Source: an uncultured Methanosarcinales archaeon
Lineage (GTDB): Archaea > Nanobdellota > Nanobdellia > Woesearchaeales > ARS49
Reading direction: 5' to 3'
Assembly (NCBI GenBank): GCA_964354285.1
Contig: CAYGYR010000004.1
Location: 10,284-74,283 of the forward strand
Length of the DNA stretch: 64,000 nucleotides
Position numbers and translations under genes: made by a program. Positions 26,964 through 36,201 of the stretch are shown here, in pieces. Below the pieces are notes generated by a model. The model searched no databases, had not been told where the DNA came from, and saw nothing but the letters and a program-made list of their open reading frames with translations. Numbering within the stretch: position 1 is the stretch's first letter; each line of letters begins with the position of its first letter.

Positions 26964-27278
26964 ATGAAAGGAAAAGTAAAGTTTTTTAACGCAGGAAAAG
27001 GATTTGGGTTCATAGCTGGCGAAGATGGCAAAGAGTATTTTGTCCACCAGACAGGCTTGAAAGATGGTGTAACATTGCGAGAGAATGATGCTGTTACATT
27101 TACTGTAGAGCAAGGCGACAGAGGCCCAAAAGCAGCCAAGGTTGCTCTTGAAGGAGCTGCTGGAAAAAAAGCTGCTAAAGAAGAATCTGAAGAAGAAACT
27201 GAAGAATCTGAAGAAGAATCTGAAGAAGAAACAGAAGAATCTGAAGAAGAATCTGAAGAAGAAGTAAAAGAAGAGTAA
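26964..27278 (+). CDS. csp: cold-shock domain protein with acidic E/S/T repeat tail
   Basis: KGKVKFFNAGKGFGFI (RNP1) and YFVHQ (RNP2); C-terminal EESEEETEESEEESEEETEESEEESEEEVKEE. Confidence 0.9.
   Translation: MKGKVKFFNAGKGFGFIAGEDGKEYFVHQTGLKDGVTLRENDAVTFTVEQGDRGPKAAKVALEGAAGKKAAKEESEEETEESEEESEEETEESEEESEEEVKEE
27178..27270 (+). repeat. tandem GAAGAATCTGAAGAAGAAAC(T/A) coding repeat
   Basis: Near-perfect tandem repetition encoding the acidic tail of the CSD protein. Confidence 0.8.
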
Positions 27279-27387
27279 GTACAAGAGTTCTTATTCTTAT
27301 TTTTTTATTTTATTTTTTAAATATAGCGAGAGCTGCAACTGCAAACAGTTAGATTTAATAAATGAAACTGCTTTCTTTTTTAAGAAT

Positions 27388-27603
27388 ATGAGAATAATAC
27401 TGCTTTTACTGGCACTTGCTTTAATCACTGGATGCGTCTCTGACTGCAAAGACTATGCTGTTGAAAAGTGTCCGGATAAATGCACAGTCTGCCCGCCCTG
27501 CGAGGTGTGCAGCTCAATAAGCTGCCAAACTGAAGAATTCTGCAAAAACATTGGTTTTGACAAGAGCTGGTATGAAGAGATTAAAGCTAGATTGACAGAG
27601 TAA
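27388..27603 (+). CDS. small Cys-rich lipoprotein
   Basis: Lipobox LITGCV, then CKDY..CPDKCTVCPPCEVCSSISC. Confidence 0.5.
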   Translation: MRIILLLLALALITGCVSDCKDYAVEKCPDKCTVCPPCEVCSSISCQTEEFCKNIGFDKSWYEEIKARLTE

Positions 27604-27661
27604 TAAGCAGATAAGCTGCACTTACCACAGCTTTTTAAATTATGTTCTGCTCATTAAATGC

Positions 27662-28147
27662 ATGGGATCTTTTACAAGGCTAAAAACAACAGACATACTG
27701 CCCAGAGAACTTTCTATTCCGAAAACTGATATGCGATTTTCTTATATCTGGATGCTGATTGATTGCTACTTGGCAAAGGATGGAGATTCAATTGTTGCTC
27801 CTGCAGTAAAAAAGTTAGATGACCTTAAGTATGTTACAGTAGATGGGCATCATAGATTACTTGTTGCTGATTTGTTCCTGGGGGAATCTAATGTATATAT
27901 TCCATCGCACAAACAGGATTTCTTTACAGAAGAGATGATACCTGGCGTGCCTGAATTCATGAGAGATGACCTAAATTATACAATTGAGCATTTGTTGGAT
28001 ATATCTGATAAGATATATCATATAACAGAAGGAACATCTTTTTCTGATATCAGGCAGTTAAAAGGATGGCTGTTTTTGAAAGATATCAAATCTGCCAAAA
28101 GATTTTATGAAGAATGGAAACCTAAAATTAAATCTCGCAATAAATAA
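27662..28147 (+). CDS. ParB/sulfiredoxin-fold domain protein
   Basis: YVTVDGHHRLLVADL matches the DGxHR ParB N-terminal nuclease-like motif. Confidence 0.5.
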   Translation: MGSFTRLKTTDILPRELSIPKTDMRFSYIWMLIDCYLAKDGDSIVAPAVKKLDDLKYVTVDGHHRLLVADLFLGESNVYIPSHKQDFFTEEMIPGVPEFMRDDLNYTIEHLLDISDKIYHITEGTSFSDIRQLKGWLFLKDIKSAKRFYEEWKPKIKSRNK

Positions 28148-28189
28148 TTTTATATACTGATTATCATAACTTATTCTTGGGGTGATCAT

Positions 28190-28495
28190 ATGAAACTAAT
28201 TAAAGAATTTATGGAATTTTTGAAGGAGTACAAAATAATTGCCTTGGCAATTGCTTTTGTCATAGGCGTTGCCGCAACTGCATTGATAAAATCTTTAGTT
28301 GATAATGTTATCATGCCGATAGTGACGCCATTTATTCCAGGCGGAGCATGGAAGACAGCAACATTTGCTTTAGGACCAGTAGTTATTGGCTGGGGGCCTT
28401 TCTTAGGAGAGCTGATAAACTTTGTAATAATCGCATTTGTAGTGTTTATGATTGCGAAAATAGTGATGAAAGAAGCAAAAGTTTCTAAAAGATAA
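28190..28495 (+). CDS. mscL: large-conductance mechanosensitive channel
   Basis: IKEFMEFLKEYKIIALAIAFVIGVAATALIKSLVDNVIMPIV N-terminal signature, two TMs, about 100 aa; GGGGTGA SD. Confidence 0.88.
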   Translation: MKLIKEFMEFLKEYKIIALAIAFVIGVAATALIKSLVDNVIMPIVTPFIPGGAWKTATFALGPVVIGWGPFLGELINFVIIAFVVFMIAKIVMKEAKVSKR

Positions 28496-28498
28496 TTT

Positions 28499-28954
28499 TT
28501 ATTTTCTTTTTTTAGATATCTTTTTTTTCTGATACCAATTAATCAAGAATAAGAGTCCTATAAGAAATGCAGGCCCTGCAATAGTCATAGACCAAGATAG
28601 AGCAATATGCCATTCAACCCGCTGTATTGTCATGCAGATGTATGCTAAACCAGCAAGAATAAAAACAATCCCTCCAACAATCTCATGCTTCCAGGAGATT
28701 ATCAGGACAATTAATAAGACGAAAACAGGGATATTATGCATGAACAATCCAAGAACAGTTCCCCAGAAATCATATTGTGCATCAAAAATATCCAAAGAAA
28801 ACATGGCAAGGAAAAGAAGAAATAAAATTGATAAAATTCTTGGTGTCCAGTACACAAATCTGTTAATTTTTGGCTTCGTTGCGGATTTATTCTGTTGTCT
28901 TGCCATCAAATTCAGCTTCATGCGCCTCTGCCTCTGCTTTTGTGGCGCGGACAA
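28499..28954 (-). CDS. integral membrane protein (hypothetical)
   Basis: Four TM helices; basic N-terminus; true start may be 28921 or 28906, reducing overlap with the cupin gene. Confidence 0.5.
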   Translation of the reverse strand: MSAPQKQRQRRMKLNLMARQQNKSATKPKINRFVYWTPRILSILFLLFLAMFSLDIFDAQYDFWGTVLGLFMHNIPVFVLLIVLIISWKHEIVGGIVFILAGLAYICMTIQRVEWHIALSWSMTIAGPAFLIGLLFLINWYQKKKISKKRK

Positions 28955-29285
28955 TGCCGTCTTTGTGATGCGCAGGAGAATAGATTGTGTACATTTTTAG
29001 CTCTTCTTTGTCTGATGTGTTGATAATGTTATGCTTGGCTCCTGCAGGCACCACAATAGCAACGCCATCACCAAGAACATATTCGTGGCCGTCAATGATG
29101 CATTTGCCCTGGCCTTTTTCAAAACGGAAAAACTGGTCATTGTCAGTATGAACTTCCATGCCAATCTCTTCCTTTGGCTTCAGGCTCATCAATACCAGCT
29201 GGCTGTGCTTTGACGTGTACAAAACCTTGCGGAAATTCTTGTTTTCCAAGGTCAATTTTTCAATATTTGCATGGAATCCTTTCAT
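28887..29285 (-). CDS. cupin domain protein
   Basis: GMEVHTDNDQFFRFEKGQG ... VVPAGAKHNIIN two-motif cupin pattern. Confidence 0.8.
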   Translation of the reverse strand: MKGFHANIEKLTLENKNFRKVLYTSKHSQLVLMSLKPKEEIGMEVHTDNDQFFRFEKGQGKCIIDGHEYVLGDGVAIVVPAGAKHNIINTSDKEELKMYTIYSPAHHKDGIVRATKAEAEAHEAEFDGKTTE

Positions 29286-29401
29286 AAGATTGAATTTAAT
29301 TAAAGGGTATATAAATTTTTTCTTTAAAACGCATAGTGCTAAACCTGATTAAAACGCAAAGATTTAAAAAAAGAGGCATATTTTAGAACTGATGATGTAG
29401 A

Positions 29402-29731
29402 ATGCCAAAAAGTTTTAGTGCAAAAATCCCAAATCGAGAATTACAAGTTAGAATAGACGTTATGGATATGAACGAATATGAACTAGCTTTCCTGGGCAAG
29501 GAACCTGAAAAAGCAGTGCAAGAGCATAAAATTCCTGACCAAGTAATCCGCATGTGGGATTTGGATGAAGACCCACAAGGCTCTGAAGCTGAAAAAGTAT
29601 TTATTCTTGCAGTGCAACTACTGGAAAAAGGAAAAACCATAGAAGAAGTATTCAAAAAAATTGTGTGGTTAGTAAGACAAATAATGGAAGAAGAAAAAAA
29701 GATTGATGAAATGATCAGAAGCATAAGATAA
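29402..29731 (+). CDS. hypothetical protein
   Basis: 109 aa with ordinary soluble composition; preferred over the low-complexity antisense ORF. Confidence 0.45.
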   Translation: MPKSFSAKIPNRELQVRIDVMDMNEYELAFLGKEPEKAVQEHKIPDQVIRMWDLDEDPQGSEAEKVFILAVQLLEKGKTIEEVFKKIVWLVRQIMEEEKKIDEMIRSIR

Positions 29732-29875
29732 ATTATACATTACCCCAGAGTTCTGCTTTGTAGACCTGTTGAAATTGTGCATTTATAGAACTTGATTCTT
29801 CTTTCATCAAAAATATTCTGGAAACATCTACGTGTATATTTTTTTCAGTATCATTTTTTAGCAGAATTTCTTCTG

Positions 29876-30349
29876 TTAATTTACAATCTCTTCAAGCCTA
29901 GCTGCGTTCTGCTGGAATTGGTGCAAGTCAGATTCAGTGTAGAGTGCAGGCTGTTTAGAACAGTATTGTATTAAATTTCTAAAGAATTCCATTCTCATCT
30001 TTGCATAATCTTGCTTTATTTCATCTGGCACTAATTTCAGCTCTTCGTCCAATGCTTTTGTGCATCTGTCTGGAGTGTCTATGCCTATTTCAGTGAACTC
30101 TATGACTTCATGCGCAACAGCATATTGCCTGTATTTTTCATCAACACTGTCAGAAATACCGAAAACACAGCCATCATCAGGCTCTCCTGTCAGTCTAATC
30201 ACAAAATCAGGCAGATCTTTTTCTATGGCTTGCGGAACAACAAAATAGCTGAATTTTCTATTGCCAAGAGTTACATTTACTTCCGGATATCCCTTGCCCT
30301 TAAAATATGCTCTTGCCCCATTGATTTCAGCTTTTGTGAACTTCTTCAT
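29876..30349 (-). CDS. hypothetical protein
   Basis: 157 aa; TTTATAAA at 30375-30382, 33 nt upstream. Confidence 0.5.
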   Translation of the reverse strand: MKKFTKAEINGARAYFKGKGYPEVNVTLGNRKFSYFVVPQAIEKDLPDFVIRLTGEPDDGCVFGISDSVDEKYRQYAVAHEVIEFTEIGIDTPDRCTKALDEELKLVPDEIKQDYAKMRMEFFRNLIQYCSKQPALYTESDLHQFQQNAARLEEIVN

Positions 30350-30408
30350 ACTGTTACTTATTAGTAGTGAATAGTTTATAAAGGTTTTGGTTTTGTGCCC
30401 GATTGTAT

Positions 30409-30933
30409 TTAACCTAGCCTCTTCCTTAACTTTTCAAAGAAATCATTCATTTTAACACAAAATTCTTTATGCTTTTCAAAGTTTTCTTTAAACTCCTTAG
30501 ACTCAATTTGCTCGAGTCTTTGGCTTTCTTCTGGAGTGTGCATCTTGGCATATTTAACAGCAATTTCGCAGTTAGATTTGCCATCCCATTTATTGAACTT
30601 GGGAAGTTTAGAATCATTAGTGCAGTCCAGCACTATCCAATTACCGCTTAATTTGATCTCTAAAAATAGATGTTGGCCAGTTTCATCAGGAGATTTTGAA
30701 GTTATTTCTTTAGGAATTCTTTGTTCAGCCCATTTAAATTCGCAAACTCTAAACCTAACCTCAAAACCCATCTTTCTTAATTCTGCATAAAGAATTCTGG
30801 TTTTACCCCAGCATCTATAGTCTTTATCTTCTAATGATTCTGGGCAGTGAAAAGGCAAATCTCTTATCTTTTCAAAAACTTGAATGATATCCATATGCAC
30901 AGGTAAAATAAAGAATGTTATATAGTTTTGCAT
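30409..30933 (-). CDS. transglutaminase-like cysteine protease-fold protein
   Basis: C...H...D order: YRCWGKTRIL, GQHLFLEI, IVLDCT. Confidence 0.55.
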   Translation of the reverse strand: MQNYITFFILPVHMDIIQVFEKIRDLPFHCPESLEDKDYRCWGKTRILYAELRKMGFEVRFRVCEFKWAEQRIPKEITSKSPDETGQHLFLEIKLSGNWIVLDCTNDSKLPKFNKWDGKSNCEIAVKYAKMHTPEESQRLEQIESKEFKENFEKHKEFCVKMNDFFEKLRKRLG

Positions 30934-30997
30934 TGGTTTGTTCCTAAAAACAAAAGTATTTAAACAAAAGATTTTATTCTAAACAAAGGGTGATTTT

Positions 30998-31909
30998 ATG
31001 AAATACGCAATTGTGATATTATGCTTAATCTTGATTATGGTTAGCGGATGCGGTAACACTTCCAAAACTGCTGAGACTGATGATGATTCTGACAAAGCAG
31101 CTGCCGCTAATTCTGATAATTCAGACAAGGCAACTGCTGCTACTTCTGATACTTCAGATGAGGTGCCTGAAAGCTCTGGCTCAGAGCCTACTAAATCAGA
31201 GCCAACTAAAATGGCGCTTACTTCAACCAGTGATTTGCTGTCGCTCTGCCTCGGCTTTCAGGACCCAAGATACGGCACTTCCTGCGCAGCTGCTTTTAAT
31301 AAAGATGTAAAGATGTGCGATAAAATAGTAGACAAATATGGCAGAGAAATTGATGAAAAATATGAGGAAGCACACTGCAGGGGCCTCGTGGCTGTCACAA
31401 AAAAAGATATTACTGTCTGCGATTCTGTAAGCGACTCTGCATACAGCACTGATTCCTGCTATGAAGATTTTGCAATAGGCACCAAGCAAAAATCAATGTG
31501 CGACAAAATATCCAGCGAAAACGGAAAAGTCGGATGCAAAGTAAGATTTGATGCTGAACATTCAGATGTAAGTGTTGAAGGCTGCAAGGATATTGGAGCT
31601 GAATGCTACCTTAAGCAGGCATGGAAAACAAAAGACAAGGCATACTGCAAAGCATATGGCGAAGATGCTGCAGATATCCTAAAAGAGGCTTCAAGAATGG
31701 CTTGTGAAGCAATGATTATTGCAGACGAGAGCATCTGCACTCCTTTGAAACAAGTCGGAGTTGATGAATGGTGGTACTGCAAGCGGCTGGGACAGTTAGG
31801 CAAAGCAAACCCTTCAGAAGGGCAGTTTTATCCTGAGAATTGCGGAGATAACTGGGACTGCCAGCAGGGGCTTGTGCAGTCAATGGTCTGGTATGCTGGC
31901 TCAAGATGA
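30998..31909 (+). CDS. secreted Cys-rich lipoprotein with low-complexity D/S/A linker
   Basis: Lipobox MVSGCG; repeated DSDKAAAA/NSDKATAA linker; more than 20 Cys in the mature domain. Confidence 0.6.
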   Translation: MKYAIVILCLILIMVSGCGNTSKTAETDDDSDKAAAANSDNSDKATAATSDTSDEVPESSGSEPTKSEPTKMALTSTSDLLSLCLGFQDPRYGTSCAAAFNKDVKMCDKIVDKYGREIDEKYEEAHCRGLVAVTKKDITVCDSVSDSAYSTDSCYEDFAIGTKQKSMCDKISSENGKVGCKVRFDAEHSDVSVEGCKDIGAECYLKQAWKTKDKAYCKAYGEDAADILKEASRMACEAMIIADESICTPLKQVGVDEWWYCKRLGQLGKANPSEGQFYPENCGDNWDCQQGLVQSMVWYAGSR

Positions 31910-32755
31910 TTTTGAATGCTTTTGAGAATTCATTTTAGAAAACAGCATTTTATCAACCCAGTCCACAAAACCAGCGTGATTTTTGAATTCCTCAAATAAA
32001 CTGCGGTAATAGCTTATTTCTTCCAGTGAGCCGTTCACAATAGCAGTATACTGGATTCCTGGCTTGCAGAATTCAAGAAGCTTCATTTCATTCATTGAGG
32101 CAATATCCCACTTTTCCCATTGTTCATTGATTAAAATAATATCTTTAACAGGACTGATTTCTTTCTGCTTGTGTTTCATCAGTGTGTACAGCCACTTGAT
32201 TGAGTGCGGATTAACCTTCTCGAAACTGAACTCAAATTTTCTCTCAATCTTTTCAGCATCCTTAAGAACATGGTTTATCTGCTCTTCCAAAGATTTGTCA
32301 ACAGAATACGGGCCAGTTATGCGCTGGTTAAATGTGCCTGCTTCCCATAAATGGCACGCATCTTCGTGAAAGCACACCCATTCCTCCCTTTCCTCAATCC
32401 ATAAGAAGTAATGGCTTTCATTGGGAGCAGCACCGCCAGGCAGTTTTGTTGTTATCTCCACAGGATTGTACTTCTTGTCAAAACAGGCAGAGCCTTTTCT
32501 GCCATGAATGATGTATTCTATGTCCATGCTTGCGGGCGGCAGTTTGCCTTGCAGTGGAATCTCAAAAATCTTTTCAGCCATGCGGTAGCCGCTGTGCCAG
32601 GAGCATTGGCCTATATCCTTCATTTCAAAAGCTTCAAGAAATTTCTCCTGCGAGACATGAGGGCACTTATACTCTGAACCGCACCCATCGCCTGCCTCAG
32701 GCATGTAACTATACTGGAATTCAGCCCTTATAGAAATTGATTTTTCTCCCATCAA
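31901..32755 (-). CDS. hypothetical protein
   Basis: 284-aa ORF, W/H/C-rich; no motif recognised. Confidence 0.55.
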   Translation of the reverse strand: MMGEKSISIRAEFQYSYMPEAGDGCGSEYKCPHVSQEKFLEAFEMKDIGQCSWHSGYRMAEKIFEIPLQGKLPPASMDIEYIIHGRKGSACFDKKYNPVEITTKLPGGAAPNESHYFLWIEEREEWVCFHEDACHLWEAGTFNQRITGPYSVDKSLEEQINHVLKDAEKIERKFEFSFEKVNPHSIKWLYTLMKHKQKEISPVKDIILINEQWEKWDIASMNEMKLLEFCKPGIQYTAIVNGSLEEISYYRSLFEEFKNHAGFVDWVDKMLFSKMNSQKHSKSS

Positions 32756-32859
32756 AAAAAGGTATAGATTTGCATGAATTTATATTTCTTTCGGTATAAC
32801 CCCTTCAGTTAAATGCTCTTTACATTAGCTTTATATTCTTTGCAGATTACTGCTTGTGC

Positions 32860-33252
32860 ATGGATGGAGTTATGGTTTTTATCAGGAAAGAAGGCAAGTT
32901 CCTTTTAGGTGTAGAATCTAAAGAAACCCCTATCAAAGGACAGTGGAGGCTTTTAGGGGGCAAGGTTGATGAAAATGAAACCCTTGAAATGGCAGTGCAC
33001 AGGGAAATTTATGAAGAAGCAGGAATATCTGTCAAGATAATAAAGCAGTTAGGTGAGCGTAAGGCATATACCTGGAAGGACCACAAGCCGCTTACTGTTC
33101 ATATATACTTATCAGACCAGATGCAAGGGCAACCTATCCCTAAGCTGAATGAGATAGGAGAGCTAAAATATTTTTCTTTAGAAGAATCAATTGGGCTGGA
33201 CTTGGATAATATCAGCAGGTCTGCTTTTGATGAGTACAAAAGCATAATCTGA
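32860..33252 (+). CDS. NUDIX hydrolase
   Basis: Nudix box GGKVDENETLEMAVHREIYEEAGI; first ATG 30 nt from a TTTATATT box. Confidence 0.85.
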   Translation: MDGVMVFIRKEGKFLLGVESKETPIKGQWRLLGGKVDENETLEMAVHREIYEEAGISVKIIKQLGERKAYTWKDHKPLTVHIYLSDQMQGQPIPKLNEIGELKYFSLEESIGLDLDNISRSAFDEYKSII

Positions 33253-33539
33253 TTGCCAAGCCTGATTTCTGAAATGAAGCCTGGGCTCGAGCCAAAGGCA
33301 GGGAGGCATGGCGAGTCTATATATACATCAGTGAGCCTGCATTATTTCTTCTTAAATTTCATGACAATATCAATAACTGCAAGAATCACTCCAATTCCAA
33401 GCAAAATATAGCCCATACTGCGATAGATATAGCAATGTAGATTTGTGATGCATCCATAATATTACTGGCATTATTGAAATATATACTGTTATTGCATTTT
33501 TTGTTTAACAAAGTTTTGCGAAGCAGAGTTTCACATAGG

Positions 33540-33547
33540 TTTATAAA
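33540..33547 (+). promoter_or_regulatory. TATA box (TTTATAAA) for the 33570 gene
   Basis: 30 nt upstream of the ATG at 33570. Confidence 0.5.
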
Positions 33548-33569
33548 GGGCCTACTTTATTCATATAAT

Positions 33570-33950
33570 ATGAGCGATTTTCAAAGAAGCAGTGAGAGAA
33601 GGTCATCTGGAAGATTTGGCGGCAGATCAGGAGGAAGATTTGGCAGAGATTCTGGCGAATCATCTGGAAGATTTGGCGGCAGATCAGGAGGAAGATTTGG
33701 CAGAGATTCTGACAGATCAAGCAAGTCCCCACCAGAAATGCATGATGTTGTGTGCGATAAATGCGGCAAAGAATGCACAGTGCCATTCAAGCCAACAAGC
33801 AGCAAGCCAGTATACTGCAGTGATTGCTTTAGGAAAAATGACGCAGGCTCTGGCTCAAGCAGAGGATCAAGCTGCTCTTACTCTGCAGAAGAAATTGCAA
33901 AAATCAACCAGAAGCTTGACAAGATCATGCTTGCATTGAAGATTGAGTAA
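33570..33950 (+). CDS. RGG-repeat protein with CxxC-x17-CxxC zinc ribbon
   Basis: SSGRFGGRSGGRFGRDS x2, then CDKC-17 residues-CSDC. Confidence 0.75.
   Translation: MSDFQRSSERRSSGRFGGRSGGRFGRDSGESSGRFGGRSGGRFGRDSDRSSKSPPEMHDVVCDKCGKECTVPFKPTSSKPVYCSDCFRKNDAGSGSSRGSSCSYSAEEIAKINQKLDKIMLALKIE
33604..33711 (+). repeat. perfect 51-nt direct repeat, 57-nt period, inside the RGG gene
   Basis: CATCTGGAAGATTTGGCGGCAGATCAGGAGGAAGATTTGGCAGAGATTCTG at 33604-33654 and 33661-33711. Confidence 0.9.
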
Positions 33951-34042
33951 TTCTTTTTAATTTTAATATAATTATACAATTTTGATGAGCTTTTTCAGGG
34001 CGAGAGATGGAAGCGCGCATCTTAGAACTAAAAATGATTCAT

Positions 34043-34621
34043 TCAGGATAGCTTCTTCTCAAAAAGATAAATCCCATTATACGCATGAAAAAGATTAATC
34101 AACCTTGCTTTTAATTGTTTTGATGGTTCTTTAACTTCGAAGAATAGTCTTTTGGCATCTGCATAATTGGTTTCTTTTATTATCTTAAATCCACTTATTG
34201 AAGTATAGTTTTGAGGGAGTTGACTGTGCTTTATTTGCAAAAATAATATTGGTTTGTATCCCTTTCTGAGATAAAAAGCCTCTGCTTCTTCAAGTGCTCC
34301 AGTAACAATTTTTTCCTTGCCTATTTTTGCGGCCCGGTTCTCAAAAAACACCAGTAATTTAGAACCAACGCCCATCTTCCTAAATTTTTGGTCAATCGCC
34401 AGCTCTCCAAGAAGAACATTACATTTCTTAACATAACCAAAGGCTATGCCAATTATTTTATTATTTTTGTATACACCAACAAACAGCTCAGAGCGTATTT
34501 CATATTGTCTTTTTATGTAACTAAATGGCCTGTATCTCTTTTCGTTTTTAGGATTAAGTATTTTCTGTTGAAATTCATCAGCATCTTTTAATTCATCAGG
34601 AGATATAGTTCTAAAGTTCAT
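34043..34621 (-). CDS. GNAT family N-acetyltransferase
   Basis: LGELAIDQKFRKMGVGSKLL (motif A R/QxxGxG/A), downstream YLRKGYKP. Confidence 0.8.
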   Translation of the reverse strand: MNFRTISPDELKDADEFQQKILNPKNEKRYRPFSYIKRQYEIRSELFVGVYKNNKIIGIAFGYVKKCNVLLGELAIDQKFRKMGVGSKLLVFFENRAAKIGKEKIVTGALEEAEAFYLRKGYKPILFLQIKHSQLPQNYTSISGFKIIKETNYADAKRLFFEVKEPSKQLKARLINLFHAYNGIYLFEKKLS

Positions 34622-34797
34622 AATTTAATAACGAATAACCTTTTTTATTAAGTTATCGTTTTCGTGCGCGCTTCTGTCTGGGTGGGGATATTAAGCAGGT
34701 TATCAAATTGCAACTAACTGTGCAATTATATGAAGTCTTGCAACTAAAATTCTCTTGGCTAACAAGCTTTATAAATCAACATATTTTCTGATATTAC

Positions 34798-35352
34798 ATG
34801 GCTGGAACAGATTTTTATTATGTAGATCATCAAGAGCAAAGATTTCAGTTAGGTCATATGTGTGGTTATTTAGACAATATAATTGCATGCCTAAAACACG
34901 CTCCTGATTCGATTAAAAAGCTGGATGAGATTCATACGCAAACTCTTGGTGAAGCATTATTTGATCCTGGAAACTTTCCAAAAGTCCCGGAAGAATTGAC
35001 CATTGACACAATCAGGCGTGTTCTTGGAATGCTGAAGGAGCCAGAAAATGAAGTATTATCCTATTGGGAAAACCGCAGCGCTTATAGAAAGCTGAACTAT
35101 AAAACACTAGAGACTTCTATCGACATAGAAAGCCCTATACCAGAAATCAATAAAAGTTTAAAGGCAGAGTGGAAAAGTGAAGATCCTGGTGGAGAAGAAT
35201 TTCCTACAGTAAAAGATTATCGAAGAGCACAAGCATCTGGAAACGGGGTTGTTATAGTAGATTTCCGTAATAAAACTTTGACTTACATGTCAACCTATTT
35301 TACCATTAACAAAAAAGATCTTCCAAAAAATTGGAAATTGATCAGGGCATGA
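34798..35352 (+). CDS. hypothetical protein
   Basis: 184 aa; TTTATAAA at 34768, 30 nt upstream. Confidence 0.55.
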   Translation: MAGTDFYYVDHQEQRFQLGHMCGYLDNIIACLKHAPDSIKKLDEIHTQTLGEALFDPGNFPKVPEELTIDTIRRVLGMLKEPENEVLSYWENRSAYRKLNYKTLETSIDIESPIPEINKSLKAEWKSEDPGGEEFPTVKDYRRAQASGNGVVIVDFRNKTLTYMSTYFTINKKDLPKNWKLIRA

Positions 35353-35563
35353 GTTTTTCTATCTGAAAAATATTGGCTTCTGGATTGACCCGCAAACCTT
35401 TCGAAAGTATCCTTGTTTTGGCTGTTAAAATCGAAAATCTTCTGAAGTTCTTGATTGAGTTTCCGGAAAAATCTGGCAAAGGCATATTAAGAGTAAAAAT
35501 AAGAAAAAAGAAAGAAATGATGTGCGTAATGCAATGTGGCGTGGAGCCTGCTAGACAAGCAAG

Positions 35564-35830
35564 ATGATAAAAATACCAAAATATTTATATAGTCAATTAT
35601 ACTACACTAGTGTAATATCATTATATTTTAATGCTATACAGCCAACTGAACACTATCTTAAAGAACACGCAAAGGATGTCCCTTGGCACAAGGCAGTAGA
35701 AATAATATTAACAACCAAGAATCCAAGGAAAAAAGATAATAAGTTCGAGATAGAAAAAGACAACTATTATGTTTTGTTTGAAATACAGAACAAAATATTG
35801 TACATAATAAATGCTAAGAAAATAAAATGA
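35564..35830 (+). CDS. small hypothetical protein (possible toxin partner)
   Basis: 88 aa, ATGA overlap with the downstream Zn-ribbon/AbrB-like gene. Confidence 0.4.
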   Translation: MIKIPKYLYSQLYYTSVISLYFNAIQPTEHYLKEHAKDVPWHKAVEIILTTKNPRKKDNKFEIEKDNYYVLFEIQNKILYIINAKKIK

Positions 35831-36141
35831 GATGCCAAAACTGCAGTTCAAGCCTGAAGAAACAAGAAGTTAAAGTATACGGTGCTGAAAGCAAAATAGT
35901 CAGTTACCAATGCCCTAAATGCGGCTACTTTGAATTTGAGCCAGACTCTTCAAAAAAAGTGATTGAAGAATTAAGAGAAACTCCCTTAAAAATAAAACAA
36001 AAAATAGTAAAATTATCCAAGGACCGGCTAGGAATGTATTTCAATAACAATGTAGTCAGATGCTTGAATCTTAAGAAAGGCGAAGAAATATATATTTCTG
36101 TGCCAGACAAGAAACACATAGTTCTTGAAGTAAGTTCTTAG
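35827..36141 (+). CDS. zinc-ribbon plus AbrB/SpoVT-like small DNA-binding protein (antitoxin-like)
   Basis: CQNC...CPKC ribbon; C-terminal LGMYFNNNVVRCLNLKKGEEIYISV swapped-hairpin-like. Confidence 0.5.
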   Translation: MRCQNCSSSLKKQEVKVYGAESKIVSYQCPKCGYFEFEPDSSKKVIEELRETPLKIKQKIVKLSKDRLGMYFNNNVVRCLNLKKGEEIYISVPDKKHIVLEVSS

Positions 36142-36201
36142 AATCAAGAAAACATTTATATACCTACTAATCTGATTAAGCATTACTAAAAGAGGTTTAC
36201 C

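Noticed and set aside
27178-27270. Repeat array as a possible CRISPR
   Set aside because: The repeats are contiguous with no spacers, have an 18-36 nt period, and lie in-frame inside a CDS. No cas genes are present in the window.
26829-27284. N-terminal 152-aa extension of the minus-strand ATP-grasp ORF (MYLLFFYFFFRFFFRFF...)
   Set aside because: It is the reverse complement of the GAA-rich acidic tail and body of the CSD gene. It has no protein-like composition, and a good ATG (26828) starts the ATP-grasp domain.
29383-29724. 113-aa minus-strand ORF
   Set aside because: It is S/I/F-rich low complexity and antisense to a better-looking plus-strand ORF (29402-29731). Confidence in either one is modest.
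33253-33470. GC-rich patch with palindrome GGCTCGAGCC and a 24-codon hydrophobic minus-strand mini-ORF (33349-33423)
   Set aside because: There is no second copy, no convincing extended structure and no promoter spacing. The mini-ORF is too short to support without data.
33592-33939. Alternative-frame ORFs over the RGG gene, on both strands
   Set aside because: They are repeat-driven frames. The chosen frame gives the RGG repeats plus an exact CxxC-x17-CxxC zinc ribbon, with the correct TATA spacing.
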